Source of the DNA: Elusimicrobiota bacterium
GTDB taxonomy: Bacteria; Elusimicrobiota; Endomicrobiia; CG1-02-37-114; JAHJSO01
Direction of reading: 5' to 3'
Length of the DNA stretch: 45,172 bases
Assembly: GCA_043826435.1 (NCBI GenBank)
Contig: JBDRQF010000045.1
Location: 1-45,172, forward strand
Positions 44,751 to 45,172 of the stretch are shown here, one piece after another (positions within the stretch are counted from its first letter, which is position 1; each line of letters begins with the position of its first letter). The notes under the pieces are model-generated. The model did no database searches, was not told the DNA's origin, and saw only the letters and a list, made by a program, of their open reading frames with translations. A program made the position numbers and the translations under genes.

Positions 44751-45172
44751 TTTATAAACCCGTTCACCCACGCATTATACAGCAGGAACACAAAAGGAGA
44801 TATCAGCGTGTTATACAATATATAACCGGCAAATAACCCGGGGTGAAATATTACCTTTCCTGTTAATAACATCTGCGCGGCAATGTCCGTAGTTATATAA
44901 TAAAAAGCGGATGCGGCCATCGTCATCAGTACCTGGACCCGGACGAGGGATTCGTCCAGTTTATGGCTCATACCGCCGACAAAATACCCTATAATTGTCA
45001 GCGCAAGACAGTCCATGCCGAAAATCCTGCCGGAGAACAAACCGAGTACTGTCCCGCAGACAAAACCGTACACCCCGCCGAAAACATTCCCGTACTTCAA
45101 AGAAAAATACAGGACGCTCATCAGGAGCAACGCCGGCACTATGCCGTACACCGGCAGGTATAAACTGAACAA
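44723..45172 (-). CDS. mreD: Rod shape-determining protein MreD (5' end outside window)
   Basis: Highly hydrophobic, GGVYGFVCG...FG..LAL pattern, immediately upstream of mrdA. Confidence 0.75.
   Translation of the reverse strand: MFSLYLPVYGIVPALLLMSVLYFSLKYGNVFGGVYGFVCGTVLGLFSGRIFGMDCLALTIIGYFVGGMSHKLDESLVRVQVLMTMAASAFYYITTDIAAQMLLTGKVIFHPGLFAGYILYNTLISPFVFLLYNAWVNGFIKWSGKGKQI

Noticed and set aside
16133..45163. Plus-strand ORFs overlapping housekeeping genes (e.g. 25359-26078, 35730-36566)
   Set aside because: Antisense shadows of well-supported minus-strand genes
1..45172. Alternative genetic code (TGA readthrough) as the explanation for the missing ORF
   Set aside because: TGA acts as a normal stop in several ATGA-coupled genes, and the giant ORF is open under code 11

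Overview
Bacterial chromosome window, almost entirely coded on the minus strand. It is probably from a diderm of the Elusimicrobiota type (inferred from gene order and protein style, not proven). Positions 16.1-45.2 kb are mostly housekeeping genes: mreD-mrdA-rodA, a radical SAM pair, rplU-rpmA-obgE-proB-ychF, rpsF-ssb-rpsR-rplI-dnaB-alr-mlaEFD-radA-aroCK-pepQ-efp-accBC-gmhA-rfaE2-thiD2-like-thiE. A ~2.2 kb AT-rich patch interrupts this run between ychF and rpsF. It holds HTH gene fragments, a 31-bp direct repeat, a perfect sigma70 promoter, a divergent c-di-GMP-I-like riboswitch and an ORF6N gene. The first 14 kb hide one giant ORF that the ORF track missed because its stop lies outside the window (13983 to <1, at least 4661 aa). 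It encodes a signal peptide, a Vps62/NPP1-like HxGDWE domain, many FlgD/Ig-like repeats, nested passenger domains, a 6-repeat NHL propeller and a T9SS-like C-terminal domain. Upstream is a stack of two paralogous small beta-barrel genes interleaved with orphan fragments of the giant protein's own N-terminus, plus a stand-alone subtilase prodomain; this is a candidate polymorphic surface-protein/beta-barrel system. At least three families of short palindromic repeats occur, one of them inserted in frame in the giant gene. No rRNA, tRNA, CRISPR array, integrase or reverse transcriptase was seen.
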